This document shows, one piece after another, positions 49,269 through 61,349 of a DNA stretch of 64,000 nt. This DNA comes from Azolla caroliniana (taxonomy: Eukaryota > Plantae > Polypodiophyta), in NCBI GenBank assembly GCA_043228905.1, contig JBHGNT010000002.1, positions 12,896,001 through 12,960,000 of the forward strand. Direction: 5' to 3'. The notes beneath the pieces are model-generated. The model saw nothing but the letters and a program-made list of their open reading frames with translations, had not been told where the DNA came from and did not search any database. The first letter of the stretch is position 1; each line of letters starts with the position of its first letter. Position numbers and translations under genes: made by a program.

Positions 49269-50999
49269 CCATTACCGTCGTTCGCTGCGAGAAAGCAGGA
49301 ATCGTGGTCGCCAAAACTGTGTTATTCGCTTAGCCGGACAAGGCCTAACACAAGGTGTCACGGAGACACTTCACCAAAGGGTGATTACGGCATAGGATTA
49401 AGATTCAACGATTACACCAACTTACGTAGGTTACACGATTAGAATGCTTTGGTTAATTACACGCGTAAGATATAACAGTAATTACAGAACGGAAATCAAC
49501 ACAGAAGTATAAACATCATAAGCTCTATTAATTATCCGCTGTGATTACAATGGGGTCCGGGCCTTTAAATAGGTTTCCGGCCCGTAGTACAAAACGGTGC
49601 CTCTCGCACCTATTCGGGATCCGTCCGGATCTGGAACGGCATACCGTTTCCAGTCCGTCCGTCCACACTATGCTCATTTACAACTATATTTAATTAATTC
49701 CTTCACTCCGTATTTTGGACTCCTTGCCGGCCGGTAACAAATATAGAATGGATTCTAGTACTAAACCAATTGTACAACTAATTCCAGAATGAAGTGTGTA
49801 CTATGTTAGTACTAGCTCACCTAAATATAGGATGGATTCTAGTACTACACCAACTGTACACGTAAAGGTCTCCTGAAGTGTGTAATATGCTAGTACTAGC
49901 CCACCTAAATATAGAATAGATTGTAGTACTAAACCAATTGTACAACTACTTACTGAATGAAGTGCATACTATATTAGTACCAGCCCACGTAAATATAAGA
50001 TGGATTTTAGTACTCCACCAATTGTATACCTAAGGGTGTCATGAAGTGTGTACTATGCTAGTACTAGCCCACCTAAATATAGAAGGGATTCAATAAGAGT
50101 AGCATGTTTAGTACTACAACAACTATACACCAACATGTAAATTTAGTTACGATGAATGCACAAGAACTAAACAACATAAATATCGATGCAACATATAGTA
50201 TATGGAGCGAAACCAGTACTAAACCATGAATTTTCTATTTTCTAGTATGAATTGTGGCCTAAACCAATACTAAAGCAACTATAAAATGGAATCAGAAATA
50301 CTAAAAAACTGAATAGCAGTATCACATACCAGAGGAGTGAACTTTGAAACCCATAGCTAAGTACCAGTAAGCTCCAACAGTACTTTACAGTCCATACATG
50401 TATTTACTTTCTCAAAGTGGTACTTAGCACATAGCGTATGATATGTGTGCAAACACAATGTAATCACAACATCTATAGCCTTGAGCTTGAATCCAAGGCC
50501 ACAGAATACACACCTGCACTCAGAGACACAAACTACAACATAATAGGTAAAGGAGAAAAATATAAACCATAGAAGGTAAAAGGAGAGATATCCTCATAGG
50601 CATCCTCAGACTTCAAGCCAGTGTTTGTACTGGAGGACTCTCTATAATGTGATGACTGGTGATGAGTAAAGTCTTCCTAGTCAACTTCAATGTCACTTGA
50701 ACTTCACATGCAAAAACACACGTGCTTCACCCTTTCTTTGGTGTGTGTCTATTTACTTTCTTTGATGGGGGGGTCCACATTCTTTTCTTTGTGGGTGTCA
50801 TCACTTCATCTTTGACTAGTGCCTTCTTCGTGTGTGTCTTCTTTGTCAATTTTCTAGTTCTCACTCTTCTTCTAAAAAAGCTTTCACAACACAGTATTAA
50901 CTCCCTTGCATAGCTATAAACTAGTACTTCATACATCAATATACATAGCAGAATACCATTCCTAAATCATGCAGCAAATTACCACACTATAAATATGTG

Positions 51000-51965
51000 T
51001 AGACAACAATACTAAATCAACAAGAACAAGGAGAATAACAACAAGAAAACAACTTTTCAACATAGCAGTACTAAGTCAAGCATCCCCCTTTCCAACAACA
51101 ATGAGAAGAAGCAAAGCAGATTCAAGCATATCTCGACCCTCAAATGAACACTACACAAAAACAATAACACCACCACCAACAACACGAACGTGACATAATA
51201 GTCTAGTCCAAAAATAACAAATCATATACTTGTCATCACAGAATTACTAAATCTTGACTCACAAATGAACACTGAGAGAAAAAAAACAATAATTGCAACA
51301 ACATGAACAACAAGAACAAGAACAAGAACATGACATAGTAGTCCAGATCAAGAACATAGCACTTCTTGGACATGCCATTTCCAAGCCTCAACAAGTGCAA
51401 GATTCATATCTCAGCTCTTGGATGAACACTGGAGAAAACAAGAACAAGAACAAGAAGAACAAGAACAATAGATAGAACAAGGGCAAGAACATCACCAAAA
51501 ATACTCAACAAGAACATGTTGAGGAACATAACATATACATAAGACCATATCATCATAGCACCCCTTTCCATATGTGAACATGTACTAGACTCAACCATAT
51601 ACATGTTACAAGACTCTCAAATGAACACATTTGAAAAACAAGAGGACAAACATACTCAACAAGAACACGTTGAGGAAGATAACATATAAATAACATCATA
51701 TCATCATAACGCTCCCTTACCATATGTGAACATGTACAAGACTCAAGCATATTTCTATACAAGACTCTCAAATGAACGCTTTTGAAAAACAAGACAAATG
51801 AAGAACAACAACAACAACAAACATGCTCAACAAGAACATGTTGAGGAAGATAATATATAAATAGCATCACATAATCATAGCACCCCGTTACCATAATGAG
51901 CGTGTACAAGACTCAAGCATATTTCTATACAAGACTCTCAAATGAACACATTTGAAAAACTAGAT
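51000..51965. repeat. CAA-rich degenerate tandem repeat (~150-170-bp units) in T2
   Basis: AAGACTCTCAAATGAAC recurs near 51610, 51761 and 51931, with CTCAACAAGAACATGTTGAGGAA blocks between. Confidence 0.8.
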
Positions 51966-52294
51966 ATAATAAGAACATTTACAAACAAAATCAACAAGAA
52001 TATACCTCTTCCCGAAAAGTTGAAGCTTCTCAATGAATATGTGGTAGAATTACAAGTTATTTGCCAACAACTTGTTGTAGATCATGCAACAAAACCTACA
52101 ATAGGAGGAGACCTAGATGTTGTGTCGTTTGAAGAGGCTGTTGCATGTTTGTTGTAGAGGGTTCATAACAAGGACATCGAGTAGAGATGGTATGAACACA
52201 ACGAGCAGGAGTCAAAGATAACACAAAACGTGGTTGGCTGGAGGTGCAGACGGTCTGAAGCATCACCACAACTTGAACACCTGTGAATGCAAGA

Positions 52295-52309
52295 GAAGCA
52301 AAGACAGAT

Positions 52310-52345
<36 letters not shown>

Positions 52346-52414
52346 CAAACAGAGGTTTGAGAGAGAGTGAGAGAAAGAGAGTAACTTCAACATCCACTTA
52401 CGTGAGGTAGGAGA

Positions 52415-52458
<44 letters not shown>

Positions 52459-52544
52459 TGAGAGAGACAGATAGACAAACAAAGGTTTGAGAGAGAGGGA
52501 GAGAAAGAGAGTAACTTCAACATCCACTTACGTGAGGTAGGAGA

Positions 52545-52580
<36 letters not shown>

Positions 52581-52595
52581 CACTCACTCACTCAC
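52295..52595. repeat. (GA)n microsatellites within a ~120-bp duplication
   Basis: Two copies of GAGAAAGAGAGTAACTTCAACATCCACTTACGTGAGGTAGGAGAAGG, each followed by (GA)n. Confidence 0.9.
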
Positions 52596-53335
52596 CTTCA
52601 ATAATTAAAGACTCTATATAAGTTTACCTCGATATATGCACCTTCAACCTCAACTGGAATTTATTACACAAGGGACACTTGGATAGAGACATAACACTAG
52701 AAGGATGTGTGGGTTTATTATTCTTTTAAATTTTGAACCCATTGAATGTGAATTATATTTTTTTAATAGGTGATGATAAACTTTTTAGTCACGTTTATTG
52801 GATTTATTATAAATTATAGTGTTTATTCTCTTAATCGAAATAGTACTAAAATTTTGGCCAAAAGTTGGTACACCATAGCTTGCTTTCACCCATCTCTTAT
52901 CCAAATTTCAAAAGAAAATATTCGTAAGAAAGCTAACAAAGAGATCTTTCTTTATGATAAATTTAGAAACATAAAAATAGAATAATAATATGAAAAATGC
53001 ATCACATAAACTCGAGCATATGTAAAAGAAAACAAAACAAAAAAGCAAGAATAACGCAACTAGAAACCTATAAATATGAGGGTATTCTTAGCAATAGGAG
53101 AGATGATAGATTATCTACAAGAAGAAGGGAGAAAAAATAAGAGGGTTATAAGAAGCTTAGTAGAAGAAAGGGTGAAGACGGAAAGACTTTTTTGTCTAAT
53201 ATTATATTTAAGTAGTTATTTGATTTTTATTACGCTTAGAGTATAAGAGTATTGTATTCTTTTCTTATTAGTAGATTGAAGCATTCTTTTTTCCTCCTCC
53301 TCTCTTCTCTATCATTTTTCTCTATCTCTTCATCA

Positions 53336-54840
53336 CATAGTATGTGGAGTGGGTGGTGTCATGAAAGGTAAAACCAGGAACATGTGGGTGTGTCATTTGC
53401 CCTAAATCAACCCAATCAAATGAGCTTTGCATATTATACCATTGACCTTGTTCCTCTCTCAACATATGTGAGTGCCCACTAGTGTTATCACCTGCATTTG
53501 GAGAGTTGTTGAAATCTCCACATATAAATGCGTTTTGTGGCCATGGATAAACACAAATATCTTGCAAAGTAAAGCTCTATCCCTTGAGGCATTCGGGACA
53601 TATATTCCCCCAAAATCATATGTCTTGCCATTTATCATGCATTGCACAACCATTCACCTCCCACGTTGATCATTATAGGCAACCGTAGGATTTAGGTCAT
53701 GTTTTATTATCATAAGCACTCCAGATGTTGTACCTTGTCTTGCATAGAAGATGTCAAAACCTCAAAATGTACCAACTTGACCACTGAATTCAACTTGTTT
53801 ATGTTCTTGAACACAAATTACATCCGCTTGAGAAGAGGTAATAAGGTTCCAAAATAATTTCCATTTACTAGGGTTACAAAGACCCTATATATTAAAGGAG
53901 ACACATTTGACTTGTTTATGCATGATTAATATGGTTGAAGATATAAAACAAAGCAAAATACTAATCTGACTGCATATTAGTATCACCACCATGCTTATTT
54001 ACATGAAGCCTAATATCTGCATTTGATCCATCTTTGTAAATGTCCACATATGAGCCTCTACTCACCCTTTTCCAAGCTTTTGAGACTGAAGAGAGAATTG
54101 AAGCATTAATCTATAAAGATAAACCTTGATTTTCAAGTGCATGAGTGTAGTTTCTCACCACCACAGGCGTCTTACTTCTAAAGGACTTCTTAGATATTTG
54201 CCAACCTTCATTGTTCTCTTTGTCCACATCAAAGGCTTGTTTCAAATCATGCAGGTTTGATTGCACATTACGAATTGTCTACGGGACTTTATTTTTCCTT
54301 TTATCTTGTACTCTCGGTTTCTGAATGGGTTGCATCATAGATTGGTTTGTTGCCTTTGAAGAAGAAACCTGGCTATTTTCTTTCAATGATGCATGTTTCA
54401 ACATTGCGGTTTCAGGTGATTGAATTGTCAGTGTTGGGCATTCTGATTGCATATGACCAAACTTGTTACATGTGTAAGATGAACCTACAAATTTGCCCCA
54501 TTTCCTCTTGAAAGGTCTTGCACCAATAATTGGATCATTCGAATTGAGGGTGATACCTTCCAATACTTGTAGTTTTTGGGGGGCATACTACTCTCCCCAT
54601 TCTTGTTGCAATTGTAGATAATAAGTGATTCCAATTTCGTGGAAAATCAAGCACTTCCACCCAAATGGGACATTTGTGACGAATTAGCCCTTGATAGTCT
54701 TTTGTCAAAGTCCACAACAATGCATGAACCATTTGATCTCTATATGCTAAAGGAGATTCCTCAAGTAATTGAGTTTTGTACTTTGGTTTTGATAGCAATA
54801 CTTCGTAAAACCCTCTAGAAGCGAAATAAACTTCACTAAG
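53336..54840 (-). pseudogene. LINE ORF1 C-terminal half and ORF2 endonuclease N-terminus (same LINE as 30425-31805)
   Basis: ORF1 CPIWVEVLDFP and knuckle CNKFGHMQSEC; endonuclease GIYVPN, ICGDFN, PGFTF; fused to H gag at ~54840. Confidence 0.88.
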
Positions 54841-55958
54841 CATGGTGCCGATTTTCTCCCATAGTGTGCACAAACCATTGCTTTCTTCATTGAAGTTGTT
54901 GTGCAGGCTCATGTCGATGAAGCACCTAATGTACGCCATCGTCTTCATGTGCATCATCTCCCACGTTGTGGCATCTATCTTGTCCGGTTTCTTGTCCTCG
55001 AACTGTACTGGCAACTAGAGATCTTTGACCACAAGCATGTCCCTCATCTTTGACTTCCATACTGGGTAGTTGGAGCCGGTGAGCTTGAACATGCTTCCGA
55101 ATGACTCTTCCATTTTCTTCAAGGTTTAGAACCTAGGCTCTGATACCCGTTTGTGAAGAATAGTGCTTGAACTCAACCGAGTCTTAAACACTCAATGGAA
55201 GAAAGCAGGAAATATAAATGAGATTAATGCACTTACACAGTATGAGACGACACTAGATGTTTCCGTGGAAAATATTAGAGATTAGGTACTAAAGTAAGCA
55301 TAAAATAAGGATATATCAATGATAGATCTAGAAAGAATAGAGAGAAAAGAGAGAAAGAAGGGTGCCGATCCACCCGACCACCCCCGAGCGAAGGGATCGA
55401 GACGGACTCGAGCCTCGATCGGCGTCCCATACCACCGCCTTGGCGTCGAGTCGTACCTGGACGATAGCGCGCTTGCTATAAGAGTCGTTCCACTCACGGA
55501 CAGAGTCTCGACGTAGTCAATGCATGCCCAAATGAGGGTAGCTAGGCCTCTTATTTATAGTAATTCTCAAGGCCCCCAGCCATGTTCACACTTGGCCTCA
55601 TGGGTTGTCTCAATCCCGAGGATTAAAAGTAATCCTCCCCTTCTTTAGACTCTTTATTTAACCCTCACACTTATCCACGTGTATAGAATACTACGACAAT
55701 TCTCACCACGGGATATTATATGGTCATGCCCGTAACATACTCCCCCTCTTTAAAACATTGCACTCTTGCAATGGAAAGTTAGGGAAGTTAGTTCTTAGAG
55801 TCGTTTCGCGTTCCCATGTGGCATCTTTGATTGATTTATCCATCCATTTTATTTTAAATTCTCGGATTTCCTTAGCACGTAATTTTTTTGTTTTAACATC
55901 GCGAAATTCTTTCTCGTACATGTGGTTTAGAAGATAAATCTTCAGAAGTAACCAGAGT

Positions 55959-58900
55959 TTAAGTTGTAACTGTATTGTCGCCAGAACCTAGAAGTTCTTT
56001 TAGACGACTTACATGAAAGACTGGATGGATTCCAACACCATCGGGAAGAGCGAGACGATAGGCTGATGATCCAATGCGTTTGAGGACTGTAAAAGGTCCA
56101 CAAAACCGTGGGGCTAACTTAGCGCACTTACCCGTAGACAATGTCTTAGAATTGTGAGGTACACGTAAAAATACCTTCTGTCCAGGGCTGAATACACGAG
56201 GTTGCCTGTGATGATCGGCATAAAAACGCGCTCTATCTTGAGCTGTTTTTATATTATCCCGTGCAATATGCAACATATCTTGCATATCCCGAAGAAAGTT
56301 TTGCGTACTTCGCAACTCATCATGATGTATATTAACATCAATCGGGGCTCGTGGCTGAAATCCATACATCAACATAAAAGGACTATATCCCGTCGACGTA
56401 TGCTTGGAGCTGTTATAAGCAAACTCCAAAATTGGGAGGTAACGTTCCCATTTTGTTGGTTTTGCACCAACGTATGCTCGAAGCATGTCCTCAATAATTT
56501 GATTTACTCGTTCTGTCTGTCCATCGGATTGAGGATGATCCGTGGAGCTCATGCTCAACGCAGTTTCTAACTTCTTAAAGACTTGCGTCCAGAAGTCACT
56601 AGTAAACTTCGGATCTCGGTCACTCACGATATCCATCGGTAACCCGTAAAAACGAAATAACTCATCAACGAATTGGTAAGCCAATTCAGGAGCTGTTACC
56701 GTGGTTTTAGTAGCAATAAATCTGGCCATTTTAGTTAGTCTGTCAACCACAACCCATATGGCATCATGACCTTTTTGGGTGCGAGGAAGGCTAACAATAA
56801 AATCCATGGATATACTTTCCCACTTGTTATTGGGAATGTCCAAGGGATGTAAAAGTCCTGCGGCTTTAAGTCGCTCGGCTTTGTTAACCTGACATTGGTG
56901 ACATTTAGTCACATAGCTATGTATGTCAGGACGCATCTTAGGCCAATAAAATTGAGTGGAGATGAGAACGAGTGTACGATGTATTCCAGGGTGCCCTGCT
57001 GAGGGTGCATCATGGCATTCAAAAAGAATTCTCTTTTTGACCTCAGGTAAATCTGGAACACAAACCTTCCCATTACGGTAGAGCAGACCGTTAGCAATGT
57101 GGAAGTATTCCTTCGAGGGTGTGGTGGTGTCTGTTCCAGACTCGACTCTTGCCCAGTATTTTGCAAAATAATTGTCATCAGGATACTTTCCTCGAAGGTG
57201 ATCATAAAGATCTGATGTTATTTCAGTGAAGCTAAGCATGTTAACTTCACGGATGCGACTTAGTGCATCAGCGACAGTATTCATGGAACCTTTACGATAT
57301 CGTATGGAAAAATCAAAGTCCTGGATGAGATCAGCCCATCGTGCCTTACGACCTTTCAGGTCTTGTTGGTCACAAAAATATTTCAAGGACTCGTGGTCCG
57401 TAGTTACCACAAAGCGATTTCCATAAAGATAATGGCGCCATGTTTTGAGCGCATGTATAACCGCAAATAATTCCTTTTCTTGAACGGTATACCGACATTG
57501 AGCAGAATCAAGTTTCTTACTCTCGAATGCTATTGGTTTACCATCTTGATACAAGACAGCACCTATAGCATAATCGCTTGCGTCGGTTTCAACCTCAAAA
57601 GGTTTTGAAGGATCGGGTAAAAGAAGTGAAGGAGCCTTGCATACCAAGTCCTTGAGTTCCTTAAAGGCGAGGTCTAGTGTAGCATTCCACACAATAGGTT
57701 TTGTAGACTTACGCGTTTGACCTTTTAGAAGATCAGTAAACGGCGTCGTCAATTGTGAGTAATTACGAAGAGATTTTCGCAAAAATCCGACAAAACCAAG
57801 GAATGATCGAACTTCTCGAATATTCCGAAGAGTGGGCCAAAGCTTGATTTTCTCGATGCGAGAAGGATCAATTTCAACTCCTCGTTCGGTTATGAGATGT
57901 CCAAGATAAGTAATTGATTTCTTGAAGAACTCACATTTTGAGATCTTCGCGTAAAATTGTTTGTCACGCAATATTTGTAAAACAAAGCGGACATGTCTAG
58001 CATGTTCTTGTAATGTACGGGTATAAACTAAAATATCATCTAAGAAGATAACGACAAATTTTCCAAGTTGTTCTCGGAAAATGTCATTCATTTCTTGTTG
58101 AAATGTAGCCGGAGCATTGGTCAAACCAAAAGGCATAACCAAAAACTCATAATGGCCGTAGCGCGTACGAAATGCTGTTTTAGGAACATCGTCCTCACTT
58201 ATTCGTATTTGATGGTAGCCAGTACGGAGATCAAGTTTCGTAAAATACCGAGCTCCCTGGAGATGGTCAATTAGATCGTCAGCCCGGGGCAATGGGTACG
58301 AATTCTTGATCGTCACTTTATTCAAGCGTCGGTAATTAATACACATACGCCATGTGCCCTCTTTCTTTTTAACCAAGAGAACTGGTGCACCCCATGGAGA
58401 TTTACTATAACGTATATAACCCATTCGTAAATAGTCCTTAAGTTGCTTAGCTACCTCATCCTCTTCAGATCGACTTAGGCGATACGGAGGTATACTAATG
58501 GGTGCAATGCCAGGTACAATATCTATACGATGGTCTATATTACGTTTAGGAGGTAAACCATCGGGTAGTTCACTCGGAAAAACATCACGAAAATCGTTTA
58601 CGATTTCATCAAGTTGTTTTTGTTCAAAATATGTTAATTGACCCGAGACATTATCGATATTGTAAACGTGAATGTCCGGATCAAGTACACAATAAAATAA
58701 CGTAGAACAAGACAACTCGGATATTGATGGACACGAGGAAACAATCGAGAGGGATTGTTTTGTTACACATTGAATAAAATGCGTACAATCGTTGAGTACA
58801 AAAGAAATGGAATGGCGAACCCAATCAATAAATAAAGAAGAGCTTTTATTATAAAACCAGGGATAACCCAGTATTACATCGGTGGTACTAAGATTCATTA

Positions 58901-60248
58901 CATGGAAGTCTACTTCCTCTATATAGGTATCAATAGAAATTCCTAAAGAATGAATCGCCCCGTTGATGTGTTGTACTCTTCCATCAGCCAAGTGCACCAT
59001 GTAGGTGTGATCACTTACGGTGGGTTGGATTCCCCATATCTGTACCAAACGATCATTCACAAAATTGTGTGAGCTTCCCGAATCAAATAAAAATTGTACG
59101 AGAGATCCATTGATATACCCGTTTGCACGTAGTAAATCATTGGGACCCAATACATAATGAGGGAAAGAACATTGACAATTACTCAAATGATGTGTATAGA
59201 CCTGAAGGACATTAGGAAGCTGACCTTTATGGTCTGTAGCTTTAGGTTTGGCGTCGTGCTCTTTTCGTTGGAGCTTACGACATTGCTCTTTTGTATGACC
59301 CTTCTTTTTGCAGAATACGCAAAAAGGATGTTGTCGCTTATAATCGCGATCCATGAATTCGTTGGGTGTCTTGCGTTTCCCAACGAATTGCGACTGCTTA
59401 GTCCCGGGCGCTTCGTTGGGTTTGTTATGGTCCTTCTTCGAAGTGCGTTGATAGCGAAGAACTATCTCAACGGCCTCTTCGAAGGATTTTGGATCCTTAT
59501 CGTGCACTATCCAGTGATAGTCCGAATTGGGGATGCCATTGACAAAACAAGCTATTAACCAATTGTCCCCTTCTAGACCCGATTTTTGGATTTGGGTTCT
59601 AACATGGTGGACATAGTCTTCTAGCGAGGAAAACTTCCTGCTAGAGAGGTTCATTAAAGCTTGTGCTGCCTCGGTTCGAGAGGGAGGTTGTAGAAATTGA
59701 CCCTTGAAAACTGTGACAAAGTCTGTCCAGGTCTCGGGCAATCTCCCCAAAGTTCGGAGCCCACGCCACCAAGCGGCGGCCTTACCCCCTAGTTCTCGGC
59801 CGACATATGCAATCTTCGTACTATCTGGCGTGGGATAGAGCTCAAAATGAGACTCCCATCGGCCCAGCCACGTGCAGATTGCTTCTTCGGTTCTTTCCTT
59901 TTTATCTCTCGTAAATGGCTTTACGACAAATGATGGTTCACCCTGACGCTCATCAGGTCTATTAATCTCATTTTGGAGACTAATGACTCGTGCCTCGAGA
60001 GCACTTTGAGATTGCCGAAATTCGGTCAACTGCTGCGCGGTTGAACTAAGGAAATGTTGTACTTGTAAAATATACGCCTCAATGGACATTGTCCCAGGAG
60101 GATTTCCTTGAGGTCTTTCCGCTTGAGCGGAGGGCATCGGGTCGTTATTCTGAGCCATTGAATGATTATTTCTGGCAAAGAAATAAGATAAGGTCAGACA
60201 AATAGTCATAACATCTTGTCGTGGTGTAAACATATCATGGGCAAACAT
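55959..60248 (-). CDS. Gag-Pol of G (Gag, CCHC knuckle, protease, RT, RNase H, integrase), ending before the chromodomain; likely start MAQNND at ~60158
   Basis: [14 protein letters not shown]; [10 protein letters not shown]; FLDD; ETDASD; ISMDFI, SDRD, GQTER; GPF. The chromodomain lies out of frame in 55724..55921 (KIKWMDK...ATWERE). Confidence 0.93.
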   Translation of the reverse strand: MFAHDMFTPRQDVMTICLTLSYFFARNNHSMAQNNDPMPSAQAERPQGNPPGTMSIEAYILQVQHFLSSTAQQLTEFRQSQSALEARVISLQNEINRPDERQGEPSFVVKPFTRDKKERTEEAICTWLGRWESHFELYPTPDSTKIAYVGRELGGKAAAWWRGLRTLGRLPETWTDFVTVFKGQFLQPPSRTEAAQALMNLSSRKFSSLEDYVHHVRTQIQKSGLEGDNWLIACFVNGIPNSDYHWIVHDKDPKSFEEAVEIVLRYQRTSKKDHNKPNEAPGTKQSQFVGKRKTPNEFMDRDYKRQHPFCVFCKKKGHTKEQCRKLQRKEHDAKPKATDHKGQLPNVLQVYTHHLSNCQCSFPHYVLGPNDLLRANGYINGSLVQFLFDSGSSHNFVNDRLVQIWGIQPTVSDHTYMVHLADGRVQHINGAIHSLGISIDTYIEEVDFHVMNLSTTDVILGYPWFYNKSSSLFIDWVRHSISFVLNDCTHFIQCVTKQSLSIVSSCPSISELSCSTLFYCVLDPDIHVYNIDNVSGQLTYFEQKQLDEIVNDFRDVFPSELPDGLPPKRNIDHRIDIVPGIAPISIPPYRLSRSEEDEVAKQLKDYLRMGYIRYSKSPWGAPVLLVKKKEGTWRMCINYRRLNKVTIKNSYPLPRADDLIDHLQGARYFTKLDLRTGYHQIRISEDDVPKTAFRTRYGHYEFLVMPFGLTNAPATFQQEMNDIFREQLGKFVVIFLDDILVYTRTLQEHARHVRFVLQILRDKQFYAKISKCEFFKKSITYLGHLITERGVEIDPSRIEKIKLWPTLRNIREVRSFLGFVGFLRKSLRNYSQLTTPFTDLLKGQTRKSTKPIVWNATLDLAFKELKDLVCKAPSLLLPDPSKPFEVETDASDYAIGAVLYQDGKPIAFESKKLDSAQCRYTVQEKELFAVIHALKTWRHYLYGNRFVVTTDHESLKYFCDQQDLKGRKARWADLIQDFDFSIRYRKGSMNTVADALSRIREVNMLSFTEITSDLYDHLRGKYPDDNYFAKYWARVESGTDTTTPSKEYFHIANGLLYRNGKVCVPDLPEVKKRILFECHDAPSAGHPGIHRTLVLISTQFYWPKMRPDIHSYVTKCHQCQVNKAERLKAAGLLHPLDIPNNKWESISMDFIVSLPRTQKGHDAIWVVVDRLTKMARFIATKTTVTAPELAYQFVDELFRFYGLPMDIVSDRDPKFTSDFWTQVFKKLETALSMSSTDHPQSDGQTERVNQIIEDMLRAYVGAKPTKWERYLPILEFAYNSSKHTSTGYSPFMLMYGFQPRAPIDVNIHHDELRSTQNFLRDMQDMLHIARDNIKTAQDRARFYADHHRQPRVFSPGQKVFLRVPHNSKTLSTGKCAKLAPRFCGPFTVLKRIGSSAYRLALPDGVGIHPVFHVSRLKELLGSGDNTVTT

Positions 60249-61349
60249 TAATCGATATCATGATCTCACGTCAATACCCCTCTAGACGTATGAGATGAGG
60301 TTCAAGATCAGGTTACTATGGTAACACAGAGGTGTTTTAAAAACCATGGGGGTGACAAATGAATGCCTTTCCCTGATCTCTATATCGATTTTTTTCATGG
60401 CGGCTCCCCGAGGCTCAACCATGTATGTTCGCGTCATGAATAGTTTATACACGAAAAAAATGTTAACAATAACTATGTTTCTGTGCCCACATATGTGGTT
60501 TCGGCTCTTTAAGTCCTATTACGAGGACCCCGAAGTGCACTTAGACCTAAAGTCTAAACATGTATTATAGTCATATGTATCAACGATGTTGTATGGTGTT
60601 GGTCATATTTGAACTCGAGACCTCGAGGACAAATACATTAAACACTTGAGCCAACCAAGTAGATTGCGCGTCTTGAATGTTTAATGTTTGAGGCGTATTC
60701 GAGATATGCGAGGCATTTGCCCCTATATGTTTTTTTTAAAAGAAGCATATAGGTCAAGTGGCCTTATTTCTCCCTCATTTATTACCCACTATGGTTGTAC
60801 GCTACCTACCCTCAAGCCTCGTAAGTACAATGGCATATGCCAAAGTGTAACCTAATGGTCAAGCCGAATGAGCCCTTGTGTCTTCGTAGGCTCATGTGGC
60901 CCATCACATGGTCACGTCATTACGAATGGCGCTCGTAAGAACGAGCTCATGGTGGCATCGTATCCATGTAACGAGGGGAGATGTTGGATACGTGTGTCAT
61001 TAGAGCGACCCTACTTGATGTGGATCAAGCCCGACGTATTCAACATCATTTTGGCTATACGAGGTTCGTTACGTAACGAAAGATCAAAGTGACCAACGGG
61101 AATTTCAACAATAAAAATTGTTGATAAAAGGGATGGTGACAACGCCATTCTCACAAAAATGTGAGGACGGCCACCAAAATCCTCTCCCCAATTAGGAAAA
61201 CATTTGATATGAATCACGTAATCTAAAATATACACATATGTCAATATATCACATATATACGATCAGAGACGTATATAAGTGACCACATATGCGTATACTA
61301 AATGAATCGTTTTTTTTATATAGCCAACAATGATGTATTCGGGATACGT

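Larger units (their letters stand above)
39642..49739 (-). mobile_element. F: young non-chromovirus Ty3/gypsy (Athila-like layout) with a long extra ORF after pol
   Basis: 5' LTR 49320-49739 (420 bp); 3' LTR 39642-40383 (420 bp plus the MITE and its TSD); TG...CA ends; TSD AATAT (39637-39641 and 49740-49744); PBS-like TGGCGACCAC at 49304-49313 (probably tRNA-Arg). Confidence 0.96.
38930..50120. repeat. 83/84-bp alternating (167-bp higher-order) TAGTACTA satellite, split by F: 38930-39641 and 49740-~50120
   Basis: CTAAATATA starts at 39039, 39122, 39206 and 39289; the register continues across the F TSD AATAT. Confidence 0.92.
38050..52285 (-). pseudogene. Probable degraded spliced accessory gene of T2, convergent with the transposase (candidate exons ~52005-52285, ~50595-50913, ~38050-38815)
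   Basis: Coding-like islands lie between the satellites: a basic segment (50727..50939) and an acidic/Thr-rich ~25-aa repeat segment (38388..38738), with splice-like boundaries and a CT-rich leader near the right TIR. The frame cannot be fully rebuilt. Confidence 0.4.
32035..52891 (+). mobile_element. T2: large Sola2-like TIR DNA transposon (~10.8 kb without F), degraded
   Basis: Imperfect TIRs GGGTTAAAGCACACTGCGGTGTACCAA and (reverse complement) GGGTGAAAGCAAGCTATGGTGTACCAA; TSD ATCT (32031-32034 and 52892-52895); subterminal TTTGGCCAAAA and AGTACT at both ends; transposase remnants inside. GRG...CYC termini with a 4-bp TSD fit Sola2. Confidence 0.85.
31806..53335. mobile_element. AT-rich solo LTR (~670 bp net: 31806-32034 + 52896-53335) inserted in the LINE endonuclease and split by T2
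   Basis: TGTGAAG...CTTCATCA termini; perfect 5-bp TSD CATAG (31801-31805 and 53336-53340). Removing it restores the LINE frame ...HSTYY|ARLDR. Confidence 0.8.

Noticed and set aside
51942-52157. Independent plus-strand gene
   Set aside because: Short, begins inside a tandem repeat, has no motif, and overlaps a candidate minus-strand exon of the T2 accessory gene.
32035-52891. T2 as CACTA, hAT or Mutator
   Set aside because: The termini are not CACTA, the TSD is 4 bp rather than 3, 8 or 9-11 bp, and the catalytic motifs fit Sola2 better.
54535-55014. Novel Gag/LINE-ORF1 fusion gene
   Set aside because: Chance in-frame deletion junction between two decayed elements, with an upstream stop in gag and a downstream frameshift.
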